Shown one piece after another: positions 1 through 11,119 of a DNA stretch of 64,000 nt (the first letter of the stretch is position 1; each line of letters starts with the position of its first letter). Source of the DNA: Mytilus californianus (lineage: Eukaryota). Under the pieces are notes generated by a model that saw nothing but the letters and a program-made list of their open reading frames with translations, was not told the DNA's origin and did not search any database. Both the position numbers and the translations under genes were made by a program. The DNA lies in the NCBI RefSeq assembly GCF_021869535.1, contig NW_026262712.1, positions 42,036,001-42,100,000 on the forward strand. The letters are read 5' to 3'.

Positions 1-3000
1 TTAAATATTATGACTCAGCATACATTAACAGTTTACAGTATCCATAGTTTACCTTGGCCCTGTATGCAGAGTAAATTAATTACATATTCATATATGTAAT
101 TTGAATTGTTAAGAAGTGCTTATATTTACACTTCGCCGTCATTGTAACTTATAGGTCCTTGATTGACATTTCTGTTGGGGTGTTTTTGTCCTATGACCAC
201 AGCATAGAAAATATGACCTAGAGATACAAAAACAAAGCTCTATTGAACTAACAATAGTGTGTTCTATCCTAAAAATATACTAAATATTTCATTTTCACTG
301 AAACAGCAGAATAATTTAGCACATTTTAGGCCCCAGAGTAAAATAAAACGGAGAAAAATATCTTAACCCTGGGTCATTAAACATATATTTCAACCTGTAA
401 AGGCTATAATCTTATTATTATAAAGGTCGATTGTGAAGAAAACAATAGCCTTTCTTTAAAGTTATGCAAAATACAGATTTAAACAGTCAGTTCTATAAAA
501 CCTTTAAGGAATTTATAAATCAAACAGGTATAACTTCATACATACAACTTTTGCAAATATGGCCTGATTTAAACACTTCTTGTTCATATATTAGCCAAAT
601 TATGTTAGATATATCGTAAGATATAATTTTATTGTGGCAAGATTTCTAACTGTCAATTTGAGGCAGAAACTGTGAAATCTTATAAATAAATGGTCACACA
701 GTTAGTTAGATGTGGACTGGAGACAGAGGCAGGATAGGATACTTAATATAATTTTGAATGTTGGAATGATTAGCTATTACACTTTACATTTGTAGCATTC
801 TGAAATGCTTCCAATGTGTTATCAGAGTAGTTTCATACAGGTTCTAGGCATTTAATCTCAGAAAACATTCACACAGAGTAAGCGGACCATAATTTATTAA
901 AGCTTTTTTATAAATTCCTTAAAAATTGAAATAGGGATGGGGAATATTGACTGTAATGTAAACGAAAAGTTAAAGTACATGCAGTGATTTTGTTCAGCTA
1001 TGATTCTGATAAATACGTATTGTTGTGTGAAAAGGTGTGTTTCATGATTTTTCTATTTGAATAAATGTTATTATAGGTTGCATATTATCAATACAGCTGT
1101 TTCACAAACCACGCCTCTTTTGGGGAGATATATAATATTCATAGATATTTTGTTTTGTTTAGCTACTGGTTCCCAGATATGATCTCTTTAATGCATCTTA
1201 TAGAGACACAACTTGGGAATTTTACCGGTATACATACACATAGAAAGCGGTCAAATTAAATTCTGAGAAAGACTTAAAGTGAAGGGAGGAGTATTACAGA
1301 ATTTTAGTATAAATTTAAACTCTAAGAAGTCGAGGTATATATATATAATGATAATATGCTGCACACCCCCATTTTGACATGTGAAAAAAGTATTAGTGCA
1401 TATCAATTTTCCATTCTAGATATAATTTTTTAAGAACCTTAATAGTAAAATTGACATTATATTAGCCGTAAAATAAGCTCCTATGGGAAATCGCATTGTC
1501 TATATTTACAAAATGGCAACCTATGAATTAGTTGCTCTCTGAATATTATTGATTTAATATCATATATCGTTTTTTGTTTAAATAAGTTAAAACACCTGAT
1601 ATAATACACAATGAAGTTGTCAATGCGACAGGTAGAAATAGCATTGAAAAGTCATGATATCCAACACTTTTATAAGTAATTTTAAAATTACCTACATCTG
1701 CAGTGTCTTTTTATGACAAATTTATTATAAAAAAATAGTGTTTTCTAGTATTAAAAATTTATATAAGATTTTATATTGTTTATTATTAAATAACTTTGAA
1801 ATTGTTTCATAGAAAAACTGGCCCGTGATTGATTTTGTCAACTTTGCTAAAGTATAGTTCGTTTCCTGCTCTGAACGCTATCTCAATGAAATGTTTATGC
1901 CACCAAGCTTGTAATAATCCTTGTTTTTGAAACCTCGCGAAAACTTATAGCTTGATGAAACAGCTAAAAGTTTTATCATAGTAGCAGAACAAAGCTGAAC
2001 TAACAATAATTCCGAAAAAGAATTGGAGAAAGGAGAGACATTTGGAAAGGTGATCACTCGAAGGGAAATTATAACAAAATAAGAATATGCATACTTATCA
2101 AGCTGTATAGCAATAACAAAAAATGAGAAGATACAACAAAAGCATGAAACAGTTCACCAAGTCTTCAATAAATTTCATGTGCTTCAATTGACGTTTTATG
2201 CAGAAGCATATGTTTTTTTTTTCTTGATTGTATATTTGTAGTTTTGTTTGGATATGAGATTTGAACGTCGGTAAACTTCTGATGCCTTAAATAAGCATTC
2301 ACAATTGTAAATACATACCCCGACAGTAAACGTGTCTAACATTACTAAGCGTGAATAACAAATACCAAAAATCAACTTAATTATATAAAGAGAAGAGAAG
2401 ATACAAAGGGTAAATTCGAACACAAAATTCGAAAATAAACTGACAATATCATAGCAATAAATGAAAATGTTATCAAAAGATAAACAAGGGTATACGAAAA
2501 AAGCATTCCGTCATTAACGTTTTTGCAACATTTATATGCATTCAAAATAAAACTAGCACATAATTGTCCTCTTTCAACATACAAATAAAGATAGTCAGAC
2601 AAAATAATATTCTGACGTGACTTTCTCTAAATTCGCTAAAACGAGATAAACCTTCACAATTTTTTATCTCAATTATAATCAATCATTTTTACCATCTCAT
2701 TTAGTCATTCTATATAGAATAAGTGACGTATTTATCAATATTCAAACTTTGTGTATCCTTTAAAATAGACTATAGATTGACATTCTTTTTAAATGCGATT
2801 TAAAAATACAAATGCAGTAGATATGGATGATGTATGCACAGTTGATTAAATTTAATTTAAATAACATTCGATGTCCCGAAACATTTTTGTTTAATAAAAC
2901 CTATATAAAATTTAACGTGCTGAAACAAAATGATGATGTTTTGAAAATCTCAATTTCAAATACTATCTACAGATAGCAATTGCTATGGGTATGAACATAA

Positions 3001-3584
3001 TTGGGTATTGTTGTATATATATGTTAGCAACACGCGACATTCAATTTTTTTCAAAAATAAAATTTATGTCTAGTGCCAGTAACAAATCTTTCTCTTTCAA
3101 ATTATTCTTTCATTTTGATGTATTGGAATTTCATTTGTGTAACTCAGTCTTTAGTTTACTGTGTTGTCTTTTGGAAAACGTTATTTGGTTTTGGTCGTTT
3201 TTTCTGATTTTGTTTTTTTTTTTTTTTTGTCATGGCATTGTCAGTTCGTTTTCGACTTATGAGTTTGAGTATCCTTTTATTTATTCAACGTGTGCTGGTA
3301 TTATTATTTACAAATATATGTAATTTTCTGATTAACGTTCCATCAATTTCAAACAGATGAAACGCTCTGTGTTTCTGTGGTGTTCCAGACGAAAAAGATA
3401 TTAAGATGCCGTGAAGTTACTGTAAAATTAAATGTATCAAAATATACCAATCGTAACAAAAGTGTATACAAATTTGTTGTGACAAATAATAACAATTATA
3501 TGAATTACGACAAGGACAGTTGGTGTATTAAAATTTCATTTGTGTTACTCAGTCTTTATGTTTCTGTGTTTTGTTTAGTTACAG

Positions 3585-3830
3585 AGAGGCGAAAACTACC
3601 AAAGGGACATACTAACTCATTAGTCGAAAATAAACTGACAACGTCATGGCAAAAAAAAAGACAAACTCCAAAAGACAAACACCAGTACACAAAACACAAC
3701 ATAGAAAACTAAAGACTGAGACACACGAACCCCTTTGAAACACCAGGGTGATTTCATGTCCTTCGGAAGGGTGAGCAGATCCTGGTCCACATGTGACATT
3801 CGTCGTCTTATTTCTATACCATATGGTGAT
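3585..3830 (-). repeat. Short interspersed fragment of a Naiad-like PLE 3' UTR family (related copies at ~2395-2490, ~3190-3285, ~3910-4000, ~9050-9110, ~20850-21110, ~25975-26140, ~33420-33540)
   Basis: Shared motif gaa(a/g)(c/a)taccaaaggga...tcgaaaataaactgacaacg...acacaaaacacaacatagaaaactaaagactgag; the same motif at 17825-18000 runs directly into PLE RT C-terminal coding sequence. Confidence 0.7.
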
Positions 3831-3879
3831 AAGTTATATGAAGTCATTAGTAATCACACAATAACGGATTGATAAAAGT

Positions 3880-3911
<32 letters not shown>

Positions 3912-4093
3912 CGTTTTTCGTGTTTTTCTTTGTCCTTGCAATGACAGTTCTATTTCGACATTTGAGTTTGAGTGTCCCTGTGTTATCTGTCGCCTGACAT
4001 TTTCTTTCTTCACAATGGCCGATATTATTACTTACTAATAAATGTAATTTCTGATTAACTTTTCACAAATTTCAAAACGATTGTTATAAAAAT

Positions 4094-4460
4094 AAGAAGA
4101 TGTGGTATGATTGCCAATGAGACAACTTTCAACCAAAGACCAAATGACATCAAAGTTTACATATATAGGTCACCGTACAGCCTTCAAAATGAGTAAAACT
4201 CATACTGCATAGTCATCTATGAATAAAAGGCCCGAACTGACAAATGTAAAACAATTCAAACGAGAAAACTAACGGCTTGATTTATGTACAAAATAATGAA
4301 CGAAAAACAAATATGATAAACAGCAGCAAACGACAACCACCGAAATATAGGATCATGACTTGGGACAGGCACATCCATAATGTGGTGGGGTTAAACTATC
4401 TGTTGACGCTAAACACTCCCTTAACTGGGAGAGTGGTGTAACATTACAACATAAGAACAA
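4094..4460 (+). repeat. Abundant bivalve-type interspersed repeat (aagaagatgtggtatgattgccaatgagacaact...); other copies at 19902-20080, 26296-26372, 26703-26840, 28007-28122
   Basis: Five clearly alignable copies of gatgtggtatgaNtgccaatgagacaactctcc...ataggtcaccgtacgg in the window. Confidence 0.85.
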
Positions 4461-4545
4461 ACTAAAAAAAAATCCGTTGAAAAGGGCCCGTTATTTTTTG
4501 CCCCTTTTTTACTTTGACATCTTTCAATATTGCTCTATTTCCAAA

Positions 4546-7217
4546 TGTAACCGTAAAAAGTGTAAAATCTGTGCTATACTAATATCTGATACCCGCTTTT
4601 AAAGTAACTTGACCACCAAAAGTTACAATACACACAGTCATGAGGATTTAGATCGCACTGCTTCCAATATTGTATACAGTATTGAATGTACTCTTTGTGG
4701 ATTGATCTACGTCGGAGAAACTCGACAAAGACCCAATTTTAGAAGGAATGACCATCGGTCTAATGTGAATGATCCTAGATTTTTTCTATATGCATTTCAA
4801 TCAGCCTGACCATTATATTGTTTCAATGAAAGTCCGAATTATAGAGAAAATATATCATTCAACAAATGACCCCATATTGAGTACACCATATCGTTTACAA
4901 AGAAAAGATTTTTGGATAAGAGAGTTGGGAACAGCCATTCCCTATGGATGCAATGGCAAAATTAATGGTGTAGGTATTTTGTCTAGTCCCAGGTGTAGTA
5001 CTGTCAACACATTAAAACTATTTAATACTTCTGCTCGACGAAATAGAAGTCATGGTCACAGAAAATATACACCACCTGCTGTGCACATCGTGACAATTGA
5101 TAGTTTGTTCACGTCAAAAACCTTTAGGAATTCACCATATCAGAACTAAATTATACTCCATTCCATTACCTTAACTTTATTTAATATTTCAAGAGGCCCA
5201 AAATACTTCCGTTATTGATTCTAATTCTGTTTTGTATAGATTAGTTGCAATAATCATGGTCATTGCTAGCCATAGACTATTCAAACCCGTATCAACTACA
5301 TCCAAAAATGAGGAAAAACGTAATTTTCTTGAAGTAAAATTCGCCAATAATGGTTTAGATGCTATCAATATTAGCAATATTTTTCACCAGCAATCTTAGC
5401 AAAAAAACTATACCTGATTACTTCAAAATTAAAACTACACCTGTAATTTCTTATACTTACACCAAGTCTATTGCATCAAAATTTTCAACCACAAGAGGGT
5501 TTTAGAGGCCTTTTACCTCAAAGATGTAAAAACTAAACCTCTGGATTGCTCATGTGCATCGTCACAATATGATTATAGTCCAGCTGGGCATGTTATTACT
5601 GGCGACCTTGGCATCGTTACCAATGAACAACTAAGAGAGTTGTTAGCCAAGGGACAAAAATATAGAATTTCCCAGCCCATCAACTGGAAAACGAACTTCA
5701 AGCTACCGATGGATGCAGTTGAGGACTATGCTAGAAAATGGGTAAAGGGCGAACCAGACGAACCAGAACTAGACACTTTGTCTGAATGGATGAAAGCTAT
5801 TCGATCATGCATTCAGAAACTACGAAGTACTACGAGCACAAGGGTTTCTAACTTATTCAAGAACCTGGAGGTTGTGGATGCTTTAGCCTCTTCACATGAC
5901 AAATATATCGTTGTTCCAGCAGATAAAGCCTCCAATAATATTGTCTTCATATGTAAAAACCATTATTTGCAATGTCTCACTAAAGAGCTTTGAATAAACA
6001 GCACAACTGGTAATGAAACATATTCTTTAACATCATTTACAAAGGATGAAATTTTACAAAATCATAAATCTGTCCTTCTATCTTTTGGTATCAACATCAA
6101 AGAAAACGAAGAAAATTTACCGTCATTATACTGGACACCAAAACTTCACAAAACCCGTATAAAGAACGATACATAGTTGGATCATCAAGATGTTCCACTA
6201 AACATCTTTCTAAAGTACTGACTACTATTCTTTCTACAGTAAAAGATGGACTTTAAAAAATATTGTGATGAAATATATTCTACCAGTGGTGTTAATCAGA
6301 TGTGGATTCTCAAAAACTCTAAAGAGCTACTGCTTAATCTTATATCACAATCTTTACAATTTTGCAGCAACATTAACATGATAAAGACTTTTGATTTTTT
6401 TACGCTTTACACTACTATTCCCCATGCTCAATTGAAAGATCGACTTCACCATCTCATTAAACAGCTTTTTCTATAAAATTGGGTTTCTTGTTTTGGGTTA
6501 TAATAATTCTTATTTTGTGAAGAACCACACTGATTCGTCCAGAAAATATACGGAAGATGATATTATCAAAATGATGGACTTTGTGATCGACAATGTATTT
6601 GTTGAGTTTGGAGGATTGATATTTCAACAGACAGTCGGTATTCCAATGGGTACTAATTGTGCACCCCTACTGGCCGATTTGTTTTTGTACTCGTATGAAG
6701 CAGAATTAATTCAGAGCCTTCTAAAAGACAAAAAGAAAAAAGCCCCTTGCGAAATCCTTTAATTTTACTTTCACTGAATAACCCATATTTCAACCAGTAA
6801 TTACATCTCAATTATCCCAGTGAACTTGAAATTAAGGATATTACTGATACTAGAAGGACTGCTTCATTCCTTGATGTCGTCCTCAATATTGACACAGATG
6901 GACGACTTCACACTAAAATCTATGACAAACGGGACGATTTCAACTTCCCAATTATCAATTTCCCATTTCTCAGCAGTAACGTACCCTCTGCCCCCTCGTA
7001 TGGTGTTTACATATCTCAGTTGATACGTTATGCTCGTGCATGTTCACAATATAAGGACTTCATATACAGGAGTGTACTCCTTACGCAGAAACAAAGTTAT
7101 GAGGAGGAAAGATAAATAATGACACTCCGTAAATTTTATGGACACCATCACGAATTGGTTGATCCATACGATGTGTCTGTGTCTAAACTAACTAAGGACA
7201 TGTTTTCCACTTCTTAG
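4546..7217 (+). mobile_element. Decayed Penelope-like retroelement with permuted domain order (N-terminal GIY-YIG endonuclease, CxC linker, C-terminal RT; Naiad-type), inactivated by stops and frameshifts
   Basis: Manual translation gives CNRKKCKIC (4546-4572), SNIVYSIECTLCGLIYVGET (GIY-YIG), DCSC...HVITGDL...LLAKGQKYR (CxC at 5547-5555), VPADKASNN, YWTPKLHK, IKTFDFFTLYTTIPH (RT motif A), FQQTVGIPMGTNCAPLLADLFL (motif B'), YDKRDDFNFPIINFPFLSSNVPSAPSYGVYISQLIRYARAC, ending in TAG at ~7217. Confidence 0.9.
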
Positions 7218-7849
7218 ATTATGGTTTACCATTCACGTCGTCTGGTTTTTTAAGTACCGAACGTCACCTATTCCAGAATATGACTGATTTACTGAGTGTC
7301 AATTCACATTGCTATAAGACGTGTCTCGGTATTTGTTTATCCAGCGTTTATGTATTTAGTTACGAAGTTTTATTTGTAAACTGATCGGATATTGTTTTGT
7401 GTCTTATCGTTTGTAGTTGTGATTCTCTCTTTTATTTTCTGTTCGTATGTAAAAGTAAAGATAATTAATCACCCAGTTCATTTGTATGATTTTAGTTTAA
7501 AGCAACTATTTGCACAGATCTATTTGTTTTACACAGTTTGATTGGAAGAAAGGCCGACATAGTTAGTTGGACTATTACTAACACAATTCTATATTAATAT
7601 TCTTGTATTAATATTCTTGTAATTGTTATAGAATACATCAAATAACATAATTAGAAACCCAATATTGATTTATATCCAATTTTTAGAAATTTACCTGTGA
7701 CGTTACTTTTTGTGGCGTTGATCAATTCGTGTTACAGACACACTTTGTAATTCTATTAAGCTGTTTTTGTGTACTGTCCTAAATTATTTTAGTTATTCTG
7801 TGGTTAACATGTCGAAATGTACAATTATATTATTTATTTATGTATTTCT

Positions 7850-8060
7850 CTGTCTTTGGTGTTTTTGCATTTATTTGTACTCTGTTACCGTCATGTAATG
7901 TTGTCATTTTAGCGGTATATTTAACATTGCCATAAAGCGCGGAGGTTTGGCTAGCCACACAACCAGGTTCAACCCACCATTTTTCCTTAAAATGTCCTGT
8001 ACCAAGTCAGGAATATAGCAGTTGTTATCTAATAGTTCGTTTCTATGAATGTTGTTTGTT
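7850..8060 (-). repeat. Interspersed repeat, inverted copy of the family at 17345-17640
   Basis: cctgtaccaagtcaggaatatagcagttgtt (~8000-8030) is the near-exact reverse complement of aacaactgtcatattcctgacttggtacagg (~17462-17492); ggttcaacccaccatt also matches aatggtggattgaacc. Confidence 0.75.
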
Positions 8061-9801
8061 TTTTGTTGCACTTCTGTGTTCTGATATCAACAAATGCTTG
8101 TTAGAATATGTTTTCATGCAAATTAATTGTATGTTGCCTTTAGGTTCAACAGATACAAATCTTTACGCATCACCATCCCGATTGAAGTCAATTCCAATAA
8201 TAAGAACAACGTAGTAAATATTTTGTGTTTTAAGATTTATTGTCCTTTTATTATTTTCATTAACTGATTAAATATATTAATTTACCTTTATCTATTGTTA
8301 ATGCATCATTATTAGTGTTTGTGTTCCCATAATTTGTATTCTCATGGTATCAGTTATACGTTTCATTTAAACAAACATTAAGAAATGAATTCTATAATAA
8401 TTGTAACTAACAGAAGGACGAGAATAATGTTTATATACATACTTTTTAATCGTCACAAGGTCTTTTTTTTTAATTTATTTTAATGTACATTTTCGTTACT
8501 ATATATTCCTCTTTGCTTTAGCTCATATCCTTTCATGTGATCTGAAATACATATAAAAATATATACATTTGGTGTAGGCAAAGAATTGCCGGGAAAATCA
8601 TCATCAGAAACTCTCAAAACAAAAACTATACACCCAAAGATGTATAAAACTTAAGGCGTTATAAGGCCTTAAGTGAACTCTAAAGAATAACTGAAACCAT
8701 TTAAGAACGCATTTTCCTGCGGGAGTTGGATCCATAGTTCCTAAATAATTTCTATATTAATCAAGTGAAAATTCCCAAAGTGGATGTTATACATCCTGAC
8801 TGTAGTGAAGCACAGCTATCTACTGAGTTGATGATAGCCCTGATACCAACATGTAGCTCGGGGGGTCGAATAAACAAACAAAAAAATCAAGAATTTATCC
8901 TATGTGCCAAGCTCTTATATCAATTGTCGAAAATACCTGAAACCGTTGAGATGTCAAATATGCAACCAAAGACATTTTAACAGTTATATACGTATGAATA
9001 ATACGACAATGAGACTTCAACCCCAACCAAGCTGACGACATTTTGCCATGTCATTGTCAGTTTGTTTTCGACGTATAGATTTGATTATATCTTTGGTAAC
9101 TTTCGCCCTTCTTTTAATTCATCGAAGGTTTTGCTTTAGGTCAAGCAGTGCCATCTTTCTTATAAATTGTCTGCCATATTGATAATCATGATACTATTAT
9201 TCCTTATTTATATTGCAGATGAACCAATTTTAGAAGCTATACATGTTTGATGACAAGGTGTTGAATTTGTAGTGAAAATATGGTCTGTAATATTTCTGGT
9301 ATGATAATTTCTTCTTTTAAAATCAATTTGGAATGACAAAAAAACTTTTACTATTTATTGTTACAACTATGGAGTAAATTATCAAATGAAATGCAGGGAA
9401 AGATACAAATAAACATGTACAATGTACGTAAACAATACTTTAACACAAATTTCAAAATTGTGTCAAGGAAAATTGAAAGTATGGAAAGTGAACGAATAAA
9501 GCTCGCAATTAATTTTTCCCTAGAGCTAAACATTATTCAAACATTATGCAAACAAACCAAAATAACGAATGAAAAACACTTATAATCTTACACGTTTATG
9601 TTAATACACAATTTTCTTTGTGTTGCTTTTTTTTTAATTTGTGATGGTAGATTGCTTAGTAACGGGTTGTTGGTTACATTCCCCTGCCATTTAATTTTTC
9701 AAATGTTATAGTATATTAATATATACCATGTCTCCTCACATCAAATGAGAGTAAAGGTAACATGATACAATGAAATGCATATCTGTTAATCTTATTAAAT
9801 A

Positions 9802-11119
9802 TGTAGGACTCGGAGGTGCGATGGGGAATCTGAAGTGCGATTGTCATGCTGAAGTACTATGGTCTGCGCCGAGGTACGATGATCCTATTCACTGAAGTGC
9901 GATGGTTTTGCATGAATTTTGAATATTGTTACGTTTTCAAATACTACGTTACTTAAAATACAACAGGAATTGGAGGAAAATATTTTGTAAATTAAGGTTT
10001 TGCTAACAAAGGAAAGGAAAGGAAAGGAAGAAGATTGTAACGAAAGATACAAGTCCCGAACAGTTTTGAGCAGTGTAACAATACAAAAATTTGTAAAACA
10101 AAGTCAAATTGTGGGGAGCAAAGCGACTGAAAGATGAATTTGGTCTGCATATTGGCTACTCAGTGTTCGGATATTACTATTAATTTTGACTTTTCTTCAG
10201 GTATTCTTCACGTGATTTTATGTAGACAATCAAATAATTAAATTAATTATTAGCAATGTTTTTGTTATATCAATTTGATATAATGCTGTTTTATTCCTGA
10301 AATAAATCCTGCTTTGTAAAAACCGGCACACTAACATAGTTGTATTGTGGTTACAGTGTTAATCTTCTACCGTAAAGTAGGCCATAATAAACCCGACATG
10401 GTCCCTACGTGTACTTCCAATTTTTTTTCTGCTCATCGTAGAAGCACCAAATTAAAAAAAAAATGGTGGAACACTTTACACATCTTGACATAAGTACAGC
10501 ATAAATGTACTTGGCAGTTTTTTTTTTTTTTTTTTTCTCTTGAAAACTATTACGAAATCAGACAAATGAATGAATGATTCTTGTGGGTAATTTCTCAGCT
10601 ATGACATGACGAGAACAAGTTACATTTGATAAATGAGATTGACCCTGCTTAATACTATAGACCAACACGCTTTAATTTGTTTTCGTCCTTGAACACTCCA
10701 TATAAAGATATGTCCTCCCACTCGAATCCATTAGACTTAATCGGAGCCATGCACTCTAGTTTCTGGCTCCATACGGCTGCATGCTAGGCGTAGACTTAGA
10801 AATTTTAAGTTTTAAAGTCTTTGTTATCACCTGGTCAGAAATCAAAATCTACCTTCCAAATGCGAGGCTAGTACGCTAACCACCACATTAAATTTCAAAC
10901 CTTTGCATTTTATCTAATATACACCATCGCACTTCATCGTAACAATCCATGCAACGTCACAGTTAGGCCATTCCACTTCTGTATTACCACCAACGCACTT
11001 CAGCGTAGTCATCAACAAGTTAGCGTCACAATGTCACCATCGCACTTCAGCGTGTTAACCATCGCACTTCAGCGCGGACCATCGCATTTCAGCGTACCAT
11101 TGCGGTTCAAAGTTCTACA
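9802..11119. mobile_element. Non-autonomous TIR DNA transposon (TGTAG...CTACA termini, TA flanks, subterminal inverted repeat arrays)
   Basis: Left TA|TGTAGGACT, right AGTTCTACA|TA; multiple ctgaagtgcgatgg units at 9810-9905 and their reverse complement ccatcgcacttcag at 10925-11095. Confidence 0.7.
10565..10890 (-). mobile_element. Degenerate tRNA-derived SINE (MetaSINE-like) nested inside the TIR element
   Basis: tcagctatgacatgacgagaacaagtt...tagaccaacacgct...gcgaggctagtacgctaaccacc resembles the reverse complement of the molluscan Meta-core SINE as I recall it, with the tRNA-like head at the right end. Confidence 0.6.

Noticed and set aside
130-217. Candidate minus-strand exon (HIFYAVVIGQKHPNRNVNQGPISYNDGE) with AG/GT ends
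   Set aside because: Isolated; no compatible neighbouring exons or recognisable domain found
5991-5993. In-frame TGA in the Naiad-like ORF as possible selenocysteine (some bivalve Naiads encode selenoproteins)
   Set aside because: It falls in KEL*INST, not a Cys position (Gly is more likely), and the copy also has TAA stops and frameshifts, so ordinary decay explains it
8144-9251. Two candidate + strand exons (8144-~8210 and 9220-9251) as the tail of an upstream paralogue
   Set aside because: Phases do not join (2 versus 1) and there is no family motif
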